A stretch of DNA of 64,000 bases from a virus (lineage: Duplodnaviria; Caudoviricetes): the IMG/VR virus record IMGVR_UViG_3300048024_000800, positions 1-64,000 of that record; one strand, written 5' to 3'. The notes under the pieces were generated by a model, which saw only the letters and a list, made by a program, of their open reading frames with translations, made no database searches and was not told the origin of the DNA. The position numbers were made by a program, and so were the translations under genes. Within the stretch, counting starts at the first letter, position 1, and every line of letters begins with the position of its first letter. Shown here piece after piece: positions 1 to 9,079 of this stretch.

Positions 1-880
1 ATCCGTCATCGTCATCATCTGTGTCTGCATTATCTCCTGTTCCGTCGCCGTCTGTATCAGTATCTTCTGTGGGGTCTAGCGAAAAATCGTCGTCGACATC
101 TGGAGTTCCATCGTTATCATCATCTGTATCTGCAACGTTTCCTATTCCATCTCCATCTGTATCAATTGGTTTAGAGTTGTCGTCCAATGGATCGGTACCT
201 TCTACAATTTCCTTGGCATCGCTCCATCCGTCATCGTCATCATCTGTGTCTGCATTATCTCCTGTTCCGTCGCCGTCTGTATCAGTATCTTCTGTGGGGT
301 CTAGCGAAAAATCGTCGTCGACATCTGGAGTTCCATCGTTATCATCATCTGTGTCTGCATTATCTCCTGTATTGTCGCCGTCTGTATCAGTATCTTCTGT
401 GGGGTCTAGCGAAAAATCGTCGTCGACATCTGGAGTTCCATCGTTATCATCATCTGTGTCTGCATTATCTCCTGTTCCGTCGCCGTCTGTATCAGTATCT
501 TCTGTGGGGTCTAGCGAAAAATCGTCGTCGACATCTGGAGTTCCGTCGTTGTCATCATCTCCGTCAAATTCATCGTCTTTTCCATCTCCGTCAGTATCCG
601 TTCCTGACGCTTTATTTGGGTCAAGAGGAAAGTTATCGTCGTTGTCTGACACTCCATCGTTATCATCATCTGTGTCTGCATTATCTCCTGTATTGTCGCC
701 GTCTGTATCAGTATCTTCTGTGGAATCTAGCGGAAAATCGTCGTCGACATCTGGAGTTCCATCGTTATCATCATCTGTGTCTGCATTATCTCCTGTTCCG
801 TCACCGTCTGTATCAATTGATTCTGACGAGTCAAAGGGAAATGCATCATCTTTATTCAATACTCCATCTGCATCTTCGTC
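1..880 (-). repeat. Tandem 105-bp (35-aa) coding repeats of TSP3-like type
   Basis: catctgtgtctgcattatctcctg recurs at 16, 241, 346, 451 and ~667/772, with 105-bp spacing between adjacent units. Confidence 0.9.
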
Positions 881-1780
881 TTGATTTGGGTCAATTTTAA
901 CGTCGATGGTGAATGTTTTTACCGCAGCGCTTCCCAGTAACCCTATAGCTGTTAGTTTGCAAATGAAAATTGGATTGCTTTCTTGTGCAGAGTTTGGTCC
1001 AGCTGGGGCATTTATAAAACTTAAAGAATAAACATCTGGATGAAATTCTTCGCTTAGTGATGAAGAATTGTTTGTTGCGTTTCTGGAAGATTTTTCGATT
1101 TTAAAATATTTGCTTGATCCTTCTTCCACGCTAATCTGGCCTTGCATTGAGTTTGGGTGAGATTTGCAGCGATAAGTATAATTACCTATTGATGTAGGCT
1201 TGAAGGTTGTAACTTGGTTAACTTGAGTAGCTACAACAGCTCCGTTCGAATTTAAAATTTCAAGCGGGTGCCCACTGCTGGTATTTGTAAAAAGATAAAC
1301 ACTACCTTCTTTTAAATTTGAAAGAGGTATATTCTCTGAACTTCCATTTACTGAAAGCTCGACTCCATCTTTAGTTAATGTATATGAAGTTGATCCATTG
1401 GGGGTTAATTCGTAAAATAACTGCTCTCCTAAGACAATATCTCTGTATGTCATATTATTTGGACGCAATAAACTCGCTAAATCATTTTCTATATTTAGCG
1501 TGCCTTCTATGTGACTAATGCTTTCTTCCTCAAGCAGCCATTCTGGAGGGGGAGCGATAACTCCCGCTTGAGAAAGCAACCTTTTCATTTCTTTTTGAGT
1601 AAAAGATGTCTGCGAACTTAAATTCTCTCCGTTTAATGTGAGATTTCCTTCTACATTAAGGTTTTGATTTATTTCAACGCTTTTACTTACTTCTATAGAA
1701 CTTCCGGTAGATTGAAACTCATCTATCCATAGAACCTTTCCGCTAATTACGTCTGAGTTGAATATATGGTTGGAGTTCAT
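1..1780 (-). CDS. Virion/surface protein with cupredoxin-like domain and Ca-binding thrombospondin type-3-like (DxDxDG) repeats; 3' end runs off the window
   Basis: Absent from the ORF track because there is no stop in the window. My translation from ATG 1780 gives MNSNHIFNSDVISG..., then TNTSSGHPL...YTYRCKSHPNSMQGQISV, then [27 protein letters not shown] repeats. GTGTA motif 14 nt upstream. Confidence 0.85.
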   Translation of the reverse strand, partial: MNSNHIFNSDVISGKVLWIDEFQSTGSSIEVSKSVEINQNLNVEGNLTLNGENLSSQTSFTQKEMKRLLSQAGVIAPPPEWLLEEESISHIEGTLNIENDLASLLRPNNMTYRDIVLGEQLFYELTPNGSTSYTLTKDGVELSVNGSSENIPLSNLKEGSVYLFTNTSSGHPLEILNSNGAVVATQVNQVTTFKPTSIGNYTYRCKSHPNSMQGQISVEEGSSKYFKIEKSSRNATNNSSSLSEEFHPDVYSLSFINAPAGPNSAQESNPIFICKLTAIGLLGSAAVKTFTIDVKIDPNQDEDADGVLNKDDAFPFDSSESIDTDGDGTGDNADTDDDNDGTPDVDDDFPLDSTEDTDTDGDNTGDNADTDDDNDGVSDNDDNFPLDPNKASGTDTDGDGKDDEFDGDDDNDGTPDVDDDFSLDPTEDTDTDGDGTGDNADTDDDNDGTPDVDDDFSLDPTEDTDTDGDNTGDNADTDDDNDGTPDVDDDFSLDPTEDTDTDGDGTGDNADTDDDDDGWSDAKEIVEGTDPLDDNSKPIDTDGDGIGNVADTDDDNDGTPDVDDDFSLDPTEDTDTDGDGTGDNADTDDDDDG

Positions 1781-1789
1781 GTTTTTATA

Positions 1790-1794
1790 TACAC
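1790..1794 (-). promoter_or_regulatory. Putative late promoter motif GTGTA
   Basis: Minus strand reads GTGTATATAAAAAC-ATG; ATG is 14 nt from the first G. Confidence 0.65.
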
Positions 1795-1804
1795 AGTTTT
1801 TAAT

Positions 1805-2641
1805 TTATCTGACCGCATGAGTATGTATTCTGCAAGGGTCTTTTAATTGTGCTCCGAATAATATATGAAAGGAATTTTCGGACACTCCAGAAACTAGGTG
1901 CAGTAATGCAGGCCCTTCGGTTTCTAAGCTATTAGAGATTGTCGGGGTCGCATGAAATGTATTCGGGAAATTAATTTCATAAGAATCTTGTCCGGTCGCT
2001 AGGTCTGTAAAGAAAGATTGCGTGGTAGTTTTGCTTGTTGAAGATTGACCTGTTGCTCTTGTTGAAGTGTGCATTTTATATGCGTCGCTTCCGAGAGTTT
2101 CATCAAAATTTACATAATATTCTGAAGTGTTAACTCCTGAAATAGAATAAGGAATAATTTTTGTTGCTCCGTCAATTTCCAAAGATAGTGTCACTGCTGG
2201 AGGTTCTCCGAAAGTCTTCGGAAAGTCTATTTTATAACTATCACTTCCTGCTGCAAGCGGAGTAACAAAAGATACTGATTCATCTGACCCTCTTGAAACT
2301 TTATTCCATTCTCCATCTTCTGATTTTATAAAAACATTTTCCAAAAACGCATCTCCAGATACATTGACTCCGTCAAGAAATGTACAAGAGTCTGCAAAAT
2401 TTTTTTCACCACTAATTAATTGATCTCCTGTTAGTAGCATAGTATTATCCAATATAGAACTTTTTAAATTCTTGTATTGTATTTTTTCATTGTATTGTCC
2501 TGAATTTGAAATTAAAAATAATACTTCATCATCTTTATTTCCTTGAGTATTGATTTTTGCACTGCTTGGAAAAGGTTCTAATCCGTCAGATGACAGTTTT
2601 TGTGTATGAAAAAGATTAGATATTCTATTATCTTTGTTCAT
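1805..2641 (-). CDS. Putative tail fibre/structural protein with repeated F-P-x-x-F-x-x-x-P-x-V beta modules (gp53/H-lectin-like); paralog of 2644..3507
   Basis: Two DFPKTFGEPPAV/NFPNTFHATPTI modules; N-terminus shared with the neighbouring gene (RIS.L, FPSSA, NEKI.Y.NLKSSILDN, LTG.QLISGEK). Confidence 0.6.
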   Translation of the reverse strand: MNKDNRISNLFHTQKLSSDGLEPFPSSAKINTQGNKDDEVLFLISNSGQYNEKIQYKNLKSSILDNTMLLTGDQLISGEKNFADSCTFLDGVNVSGDAFLENVFIKSEDGEWNKVSRGSDESVSFVTPLAAGSDSYKIDFPKTFGEPPAVTLSLEIDGATKIIPYSISGVNTSEYYVNFDETLGSDAYKMHTSTRATGQSSTSKTTTQSFFTDLATGQDSYEINFPNTFHATPTISNSLETEGPALLHLVSGVSENSFHILFGAQLKDPCRIHTHAVR

Positions 2642-2643
2642 TG

Positions 2644-3507
2644 TTATGATCTTTTTGTTCCCTGAGTGCTAGAGAAGGTGTGTATCGTGTAGTCGTCATT
2701 AACATTTGTTCCAAAAGTGATTGTGTATGAACTATTGTTTACACTAGATATCGTGTAAGGAATAATCTTGTTTGCTCCTTCTACACTGATCGTAACAATA
2801 GGAGCTTGTGAGTATGCAAAAGGAAAAAATATTTCGTATTGATTTGAACCTTTTGTTAATGTACTGCGAAAAGCCTGAATTTGCTTTTCTTCGGTTGTCT
2901 GAGACAAAGCCGTGGTATTAAGGTAGTAGTTTTGACCTTGAGTTTTGGAACTTAATTTTAAAGAAAAGTCGTGCCTCGTAACGTTTGAAATTATGAACGG
3001 CTTTATTATTCCTCCATTCTCGCTTTCAAGGTTTGCGCATATTACTGGATTCGATTCAAATGTTTTTGGTAAATTTATTTTAAATTCATCGAACCCTTCT
3101 TTCAACCGAGTTTTGAATGCTACTGTCTCATCTTTTATTGATGAAATTTTGAAAAACTCTGCGGAGGGCTGTTCTTGAATGAACGCGTTTTCCAAAAAAC
3201 AGTTTCCTGATATCGACAGGTCTTTAGTTGGGCCGGCCGAATTAAACGAGCAGTTAGAGTTAAAAGTTTTTTCTCCGCTTATCAATTGAGTTCCTGTTAA
3301 ACATACCGCATTATCTAATATCGAGCTTTTTAAATTCGAGTAAGATATTTTTTCATTTCTTTCTCTTGGTCTAGCCAGCAAGAAGTCTATTTTTTTGTCA
3401 TGCTCTGTTTGCGGGTTTGAATGCGCAGAACTTGGGAAGCTCTCTAGAGTTAAATCAGAAATTAATATTTCTTTTTCTTGTAAATCTGAAATTCTTTTAT
3501 TAGGCAT
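2644..3507 (-). CDS. Putative tail fibre/structural protein, paralog of 1805..2641
   Basis: Same architecture: LPKTFESNPVI and FPFAYSQAPIV modules, LTGTQLISGEKTF. Confidence 0.6.
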   Translation of the reverse strand: MPNKRISDLQEKEILISDLTLESFPSSAHSNPQTEHDKKIDFLLARPRERNEKISYSNLKSSILDNAVCLTGTQLISGEKTFNSNCSFNSAGPTKDLSISGNCFLENAFIQEQPSAEFFKISSIKDETVAFKTRLKEGFDEFKINLPKTFESNPVICANLESENGGIIKPFIISNVTRHDFSLKLSSKTQGQNYYLNTTALSQTTEEKQIQAFRSTLTKGSNQYEIFFPFAYSQAPIVTISVEGANKIIPYTISSVNNSSYTITFGTNVNDDYTIHTFSSTQGTKRS

Positions 3508-3524
3508 GGCGAGTCTTTTATTTA

Positions 3525-3549
3525 TACACTTAATTAATAAAAAGGTGTA
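3525..3549. promoter_or_regulatory. Back-to-back putative late promoters TACAC-N15-GTGTA
   Basis: GTGTA on minus at 3529-3525 (ATG 3507) and on plus at 3545-3549 (ATG 3559, 14 nt). Confidence 0.65.
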
Positions 3550-3558
3550 ATCAGTTTA

Positions 3559-4686
3559 ATGGCTAAACCTTCTCCTACTAGAATCACATACGAAAGGCTT
3601 GGAATTATGGTATCTGATTCTCCCGCTTATAAAGAGGCGGGTTCTGTTTTCAAAAACTTGATAAGAGTTCAGGATGTTGATTATGATTTTTCGCACCCAG
3701 CTTTAGATTTAAAGTCTGTTGGTTTTGATAATTTAATCGTTAAAGACGAAGAGTCTCCTGTTGTCAGGCAGGGTGATGTTCGGTGTAATATTTCATATCT
3801 TTTTTCTAGCGGACAAAACGAAGAAGCTATCGGTTTTAATTTGAGCCCTAGCGAAACAATTTTAAAAAATTTTATAGATGCTCCTGGCCACAACGATAGT
3901 AATATAGTTATTGTCGCCGCAAACGAGGTTGACTCTATAGATTTAAACAATATAAAAGATCAAGATTCTTTTGAAGGGTATAATGTAATAGGTTTAGGTA
4001 ACTCTTTTTTGATCGATTATAACTATGAAGCTTCTGTTGGGCAGTTGCCTTCTGCTTCAGTTACTTATGACTGCGGAAACATGAAATTCGATATTTATGA
4101 GCATAGTGACCCTCCCTCTTTTCCTTCTTTAAAGCTAGGCTCTGATAATAAATTTTCAGAAGAAAAAATTAATATAACTTCTGAAACGTTTTCTCCACAA
4201 GTATCTGCAGACTGCAATGCAATTATGCCTGGAGATATTTTGATAGAAATAACTAAAAAAGCTGGAGATTACGGAGGCGTACCTTTGGAAAAAGTAAACG
4301 CAGCAATACAAAGCGTATCTATCGATGTTCCAATTCCTCGGCAAAATATTTTTGGATTTGGTAGCAATTATGTTTTTGATAGAAAATTAAAACTTCCAAT
4401 TATAGGATCGTGTGCTATAGAAATGATTGTTCGGGAGTTTGATGAAGGTCAGATAGACTCTTTTTTTACAAAAGGTTCTGTATACGACATCAAAATCAAG
4501 CATACTGATAGAGATTTAAATGACGGCAGAGTTGAAGTTTCTTCTGTGATTAATACATTTTTAATAGAGGGAGCGCAATTAAAACAGCAGGCATACAGGG
4601 CTGGAATTGGTGGCCAAATGACTGTTGGAACTTTTTTTACTTTTGGAATAGGTAGAAAAAAGGGGTTAAAGTTATATAGACAATAA
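3559..4686 (+). CDS. Tail tube-like protein (paralog of 4737..6731)
   Basis: Collinear motifs shared with 4737..6731: RVQ..Y.F, I.LGN.F...Y..EA.VG..P.A.VT, PGDI, IQS.SIDVP..R, GS.Y...R, GA.L. Confidence 0.65.
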   Translation: MAKPSPTRITYERLGIMVSDSPAYKEAGSVFKNLIRVQDVDYDFSHPALDLKSVGFDNLIVKDEESPVVRQGDVRCNISYLFSSGQNEEAIGFNLSPSETILKNFIDAPGHNDSNIVIVAANEVDSIDLNNIKDQDSFEGYNVIGLGNSFLIDYNYEASVGQLPSASVTYDCGNMKFDIYEHSDPPSFPSLKLGSDNKFSEEKINITSETFSPQVSADCNAIMPGDILIEITKKAGDYGGVPLEKVNAAIQSVSIDVPIPRQNIFGFGSNYVFDRKLKLPIIGSCAIEMIVREFDEGQIDSFFTKGSVYDIKIKHTDRDLNDGRVEVSSVINTFLIEGAQLKQQAYRAGIGGQMTVGTFFTFGIGRKKGLKLYRQ

Positions 4687-4714
4687 AAAACCCGCCGAAT
4701 AAAGGCGGGTTTTT
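4685..4714. terminator. Bidirectional rho-independent terminator
   Basis: AAAAAA-CCCGCC-gaataaa-GGCGGG-TTTTT between convergent genes. Confidence 0.9.
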
Positions 4715-4736
4715 ATTAAAGATAATTAATAGTATC

Positions 4737-6731
4737 TTATCCAGAATACCATCCAGGTAGGTTTTCAACGTCTAAAGCGTTTCTAGATCCTAGTATAAAT
4801 AAACCTCTTGCTTTATCATCTGGAGCTCCAACTTGAGCAGTAAAGGTTAAGTCTACAGATTTATTATCTCCAATACTCGAACTGAACGACTCTCCTTCGA
4901 GAAGAGCTCCCTTTACAACATATTGCATTGCTACTGGGCCATCTCCCATTTGAGCTGGCTCACGCATTGTAAATACTAGATCGTGCTCTTCTGTGTTCCA
5001 TAACAGCTCTGCTACGTCACCTTTTTTGAGGTCTGCTAGTATTGCATTTACTGAAATTGAAATGTTTACTGGATAATCTACCACTCTGCTGTATCCATAT
5101 GGAGATCCTAATCTGTTTAATACAGATCTTGAAAGAGGAACATCGATGCTAAAGCTTTGAATATGAGCTGAACCTGCAACAGAATAGTCTTTTTGTGGGT
5201 TGTCGTTTATTCCTACGGAACTTCCGTCATTAAAGACTCCAGCTTCTTCAATATCCCAATGAGCTGTGTCTGCAGTTCCAGGGGTATTACCTTTGTTTTC
5301 TGCAGTCAAAGATTTGTAGATATGTACGCCAACCTTTGTCCAGTAAGTAGAAGAAGTTGTTTTTATATCTGCAGTAATGTCTGTAGCAATGTCGGATAAA
5401 TCGGCAACTGTCCATCCAGCGGTTGAAGAAGGATCTCCTCCTCCGGCAGCTGCTCCACTTGCGCTTTTATAATACTTGCTATCTCCCGGATCAGCGGCTA
5501 GAGCTCCCGCGACGTAGGTGGTCGCAGCGTCGTAAGCCACTGGCAGTGTATTTATTTTATAATAAATAGTTGGAGTTGCAGCATTTTTATAAATTTGATC
5601 TTTTACTAAAGTGAGCGAACCGTCGTTGATCAATACAGTGTCAACGAAAGCGCCTTCTTTTTTGAAGAAATTGTCTCCGATCTTAATGTGTGCGACGATA
5701 GCGTCCGCAAAGTTGAGAGCGTTGCCCTCTTTGTCCTTAAGATTGGATAAGCTTGATTTTGTTACTACTTTTGCTGCTGCTTGCTCGGCGGTGGTAGCAA
5801 CCGAATATTTTACTCTGTCTCCGATGTTATACTCCTTGTTTGCCGAGTAGTCGTCCAGATATGGAGTTGAAAAGCCTCCAACTGTATCTCCATAACCTTC
5901 AGAGCCTCGAGGATCTTCGCCCGGAAGAAGCTCAAATTCTGCAGCTCGTCCATCTGTTCCAAGAGATAGTGTTATATCTCCAGGACGCAAACAAGACCAA
6001 CCTTCTGATTCTGCATCTGTATCTGTGGCGCTGTCATTTAAGACACCACTAACTGCAGGAGGAATACTAAATTTAACGTCTGTAATTGGTGTTCCATAAT
6101 TAGTATTAACTGCTGGAATTTCAAGATCTTTGCATCCTGTATAACTTTTTAAGTTTAAACCGTCAACTGTAACATTCGCAGTTGGCATTCCGCCTACTGC
6201 AGCTTCTATTGAATAGTTTGAAACAAAACCGTTTCCAAGCGCTATAACACTTTTATTGTCTGAACTTGTTGTGTCTGCCCCGACTGCGTCTTTTCCTTCG
6301 CAGGTTGTTAATATAAAAAAGTTTTTTCCTGCAGCGTTAACGCTTTCTCCGCAAACAACTCCATCCATAATTTCGCTTGAAAGTGCGCTTTGTTTTCCGC
6401 TAACATTCATTCCTAACAATCTTTCATTTATTCCGTTTGTTAAGTAATATGAAAAATCGAGAGTTACTGTGGGAGGCTCTATCGAGACTGAGTCTACTCG
6501 AGCAAGCTGACCAAATTGATTTACGTCTTGACGGTTAATACTGAAACTATAGTTTGCGCTTTGTACTCTTCGAAGTTGTTGAATGCCTGTTTTGTCTACA
6601 CCAGCCACGTCAGTTGCTTTGCCTACGTTGCCGTCTGCGAAGTGGTGTCCTGTTGCATCGACTGTTCCGGCATATAATGCCTCGCTTTGATAAATTACTC
6701 GCGCTCGTCCTGGTAAATTTTTGTCTGCCAT
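4737..6731 (-). CDS. Major tail tube protein with a large insertion of carbohydrate-binding-module-like (CBM5/12-like) domains
   Basis: Lies after the neck genes; beta-rich tube-like sequence (RVQSANYSFSINRQDVNQFG, PTVTLDFSYY, ESFSSSIGDNKSVDLTF); insert contains YSANKEYNIGDRVKY and [12 protein letters not shown]...YYKS...GW. Confidence 0.7.
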   Translation of the reverse strand: MADKNLPGRARVIYQSEALYAGTVDATGHHFADGNVGKATDVAGVDKTGIQQLRRVQSANYSFSINRQDVNQFGQLARVDSVSIEPPTVTLDFSYYLTNGINERLLGMNVSGKQSALSSEIMDGVVCGESVNAAGKNFFILTTCEGKDAVGADTTSSDNKSVIALGNGFVSNYSIEAAVGGMPTANVTVDGLNLKSYTGCKDLEIPAVNTNYGTPITDVKFSIPPAVSGVLNDSATDTDAESEGWSCLRPGDITLSLGTDGRAAEFELLPGEDPRGSEGYGDTVGGFSTPYLDDYSANKEYNIGDRVKYSVATTAEQAAAKVVTKSSLSNLKDKEGNALNFADAIVAHIKIGDNFFKKEGAFVDTVLINDGSLTLVKDQIYKNAATPTIYYKINTLPVAYDAATTYVAGALAADPGDSKYYKSASGAAAGGGDPSSTAGWTVADLSDIATDITADIKTTSSTYWTKVGVHIYKSLTAENKGNTPGTADTAHWDIEEAGVFNDGSSVGINDNPQKDYSVAGSAHIQSFSIDVPLSRSVLNRLGSPYGYSRVVDYPVNISISVNAILADLKKGDVAELLWNTEEHDLVFTMREPAQMGDGPVAMQYVVKGALLEGESFSSSIGDNKSVDLTFTAQVGAPDDKARGLFILGSRNALDVENLPGWYSG
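5401..5546 (-). repeat. 146-bp dispersed repeat, copy 1 (inverted relative to 41151..41296)
   Basis: Manual alignment gives ~10 mismatches in 146 nt; encodes [49 protein letters not shown]. Confidence 0.92.
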
Positions 6732-6766
6732 AATATTGTTTGTATAAAAGTTAGTTCTGTGTTAGT

Positions 6767-6771
6767 TACAT
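6767..6771 (-). promoter_or_regulatory. Variant late promoter motif (ATGTA) upstream of the tail tube gene
   Basis: ATGTAACT in the intergenic gap, 40 nt upstream of ATG 6731; one mismatch to GTGTA. Confidence 0.4.
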
Positions 6772-6797
6772 TTTTTTGTATATAAAGGGAAATTTTT

Positions 6798-7643
6798 CTA
6801 TCGAGGAAATCTTAGGCTAGTTACTTCGAAGTCTATAAAGCCTACAAATAAAGATGGATCTATATTTTTGCTAACCCTGTCACTTAGCTTGGAAACTCTT
6901 GATTCTTCAACGTGAAATAATGGATATCTTTTTGAATTTATAAATTGTTTATAATTGAAGTTTATAACATCTCCATATTCATTGAATGGATAATCTTCGA
7001 AATTTAATTTTGCAAATACTTCATTTTTTGCATCTGCGAAAACAGATAATGCTCCGTCTAATTGGTATGTGTTTTCTGCAAACACTACGCATCTAATGTT
7101 TGTTGTTGTTTTATCTTCACCTCCAAATGCATAAGGTTCGTTTTCTGAAAGCTCAGGGTTTACAAAAATAGCAGGAACAACTTGTTTGTATGGAGCTATG
7201 CCTGATATATCTTGCTTGAATCTTCCATTTACATCAAATTTACTGTCAACAATTAATTGCTCTTCTGTTTGATTTGTTATATAAAAATTGAAATCTTTTA
7301 CTGCATAAGATCCGCTGACTGCTGTGTTCGACGATCCAAAAGACGAATCAAATATTGCGCGCCCATTGTCAAAATCAAACTGCAAACCTTCGTCTCCTCG
7401 GTTCATAAAGGTTCCGTTATCAAATACCCCACTTGGAATGCTTGCGCCTTCGATGCTTGAATCATAAACCCATTGTTTGTGTGGGCTGCTATAACTTACG
7501 AGTCCGTTTCCGAGCCTGTCATCTGAATCGTTTGAATAAAAAGTTGATGTGTGATTAGTAAATGCTTCTGCTTTATTTGTTATAAAGTTGTCCGCCCAAA
7601 GCATAAAGCTTGTTGTTAATTCATGTTGAAATTGTGGTTTCAT
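6798..7643 (-). CDS. Putative tail terminator/neck protein
   Basis: Lies between neck and tube genes; C-terminal PAIFV...EPYAFGG...IRCVVFA...GFIDFEV pattern resembles tail-completion proteins. Confidence 0.5.
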   Translation of the reverse strand: MKPQFQHELTTSFMLWADNFITNKAEAFTNHTSTFYSNDSDDRLGNGLVSYSSPHKQWVYDSSIEGASIPSGVFDNGTFMNRGDEGLQFDFDNGRAIFDSSFGSSNTAVSGSYAVKDFNFYITNQTEEQLIVDSKFDVNGRFKQDISGIAPYKQVVPAIFVNPELSENEPYAFGGEDKTTTNIRCVVFAENTYQLDGALSVFADAKNEVFAKLNFEDYPFNEYGDVINFNYKQFINSKRYPLFHVEESRVSKLSDRVSKNIDPSLFVGFIDFEVTSLRFPR

Positions 7644-8266
7644 TAAAAATAAGATTTTGATACTCTTGATGCTTGAATTGAATTTAAATCTTTTTCAAAA
7701 TTATTTAATAAAGACTTTATATAAGAAGTTTTTACTCTTCCTCCTCCTGATACTTTACTGTTTTGAATTCCTGTTCCTGATCTTCCTTTTGAGGATCTTT
7801 TGAAAATGTATTGTCCTAAGTTTGGTATTCCTCCACCTTCCATTTCTCTGAGCCAACTTAATCCTTTTGCCCACGGCATCGGGGTCGCCTTGTATAAATC
7901 ATTTAAAGAAGGCGCGGTTATTATATAAGTCCAAATTAAACCTTTTGTTCCTATCGATCTTCTTTTGAGTATAATTTCTGTTTTTTGAAGCAATGATTCG
8001 ACGGTTGATAGTGGATCGGTCTCTACATTAAATCCAATAAAACTAAAAAGATTGCCGCGAGGAGTCAATCCTGAGGAACTTGATGCGTTTGGGCCGCTTT
8101 TTAATTCTCGAGTAACAGGATGAGATTCAAAATCTTTCATCATTTTATTGTGCAGAACTTTAAATTCTTTTTGTATCAAGTTTCTTGTTTTGAGCATCAG
8201 CTCATTGTCTCTCTGCAATTGTTTTACAATAGAAGTTTTTATTGATCTATCTAATCGCGCAGACAT
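7643..8266 (-). CDS. Putative neck/tail-completion protein
   Basis: Basic 207-aa protein translationally coupled (TAATG) within the head-tail cluster. Confidence 0.45.
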   Translation of the reverse strand: MSARLDRSIKTSIVKQLQRDNELMLKTRNLIQKEFKVLHNKMMKDFESHPVTRELKSGPNASSSSGLTPRGNLFSFIGFNVETDPLSTVESLLQKTEIILKRRSIGTKGLIWTYIITAPSLNDLYKATPMPWAKGLSWLREMEGGGIPNLGQYIFKRSSKGRSGTGIQNSKVSGGGRVKTSYIKSLLNNFEKDLNSIQASRVSKSYF

Positions 8267-8727
8267 TATACTTCTGTTGGCCTTAGGAACAAGGTGTAAA
8301 ATTGAACTTTGTCAAAAAGTCCGTGAGCTCTGGGGTCAGACTCAACATGGAACATTCTTCCGTCAAGCTCTATTCTTTTTGCGTCTTTTATATATTGGTA
8401 GTCTTCTATTTTTAATTTAATTCTTACCATGCTATTCGCATCAGGCTTTGACACTTTAACTTGTGCATCTGTATCTCCGAAGTATTCTAAGCTTCTATCT
8501 GTGTCGTACCTTATTCTCGCTTTAAATACTTTTTTTACGGGAACATTTTCCACGCTATTTGTTTGAGCTCCAGCTGTATTATATAAATAGTTGTAATTTG
8601 GGTCTGTACTAATGATGACTTTTTGAGCCTCTTTATATACAATAATATCTCTTCCAAATGTATCGTGAAGGTTTAATAAATTTGCCGCAATGTCTGCTCT
8701 GTCTGAAGGTGATAAGAATTCTACCAT
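8266..8727 (-). CDS. Putative head-closure (stopper) protein; start reassigned to ATG 8727 (MVEFLSP...)
   Basis: In-frame ATG 14 nt downstream of GTGTA; avoids overlap with the divergent gene at 8785; RIELDGRMFHV..PR.HG...Y.LFL resembles head-closure proteins. Confidence 0.55.
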   Translation of the reverse strand: MVEFLSPSDRADIAANLLNLHDTFGRDIIVYKEAQKVIISTDPNYNYLYNTAGAQTNSVENVPVKKVFKARIRYDTDRSLEYFGDTDAQVKVSKPDANSMVRIKLKIEDYQYIKDAKRIELDGRMFHVESDPRAHGLFDKVQFYTLFLRPTEV

Positions 8728-8736
8728 GAATAACTT

Positions 8737-8761
8737 TACACTAAACAATATTTTTTGTGTA
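8737..8761. promoter_or_regulatory. Back-to-back putative late promoters TACAC-N15-GTGTA
   Basis: GTGTA on minus at 8741-8737 (ATG 8727, 14 nt) and on plus at 8757-8761 (leader AGGTATAAGG, ATG 8785). Confidence 0.65.
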
Positions 8762-8784
8762 TATCGTTTTAGGTATAAGGTTTT

Positions 8785-9072
8785 ATGGACGCAGAAGGTA
8801 TTTTTAAAAAATCCTGTCAAAGGAATACGGTTTCCCTTTTTAAGGGTTTCCTCGTTATGCTTGAAGACTTGCATAATGAGCATCAGATTCATTTTAATAA
8901 ATTAAAATACAATCTTCCTGAGGGCTGTTCCCCTATTATTGATCAGGCAAACTATTTTGATGATGATAAACTTCAATACTTAAGAAAAAGAACTTTAGAT
9001 ATTGGTAATGAAACAATTAGAAATATCGAAGGCGAATTAGATAATTATACTATAGGCTTTACATTTAAATAA
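8785..9072 (+). CDS. Hypothetical phage protein
   Basis: 95-aa ORF with AAGG SD-like leader, first gene of the tail chaperone/tape measure unit. Confidence 0.7.
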   Translation: MDAEGIFKKSCQRNTVSLFKGFLVMLEDLHNEHQIHFNKLKYNLPEGCSPIIDQANYFDDDKLQYLRKRTLDIGNETIRNIEGELDNYTIGFTFK

Positions 9073-9079
9073 TAATATT

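Noticed and set aside
1-880. Regular repeats as a possible CRISPR array
   Set aside because: Units are 105-bp in-frame coding repeats without unique spacers, and no cas genes are present.
21-900. Plus-strand ORFs 21..884 (Ser-rich) and 187..900
   Set aside because: Antisense shadows of the Asp-rich TSP3 repeats; the real gene is on the minus strand from ATG 1780.
8728-8892. N-terminal extension of ORF 8266..8892 as given in the track
   Set aside because: It overlaps the divergent gene and promoter pair; ATG 8727 fits the 14-nt motif spacing.
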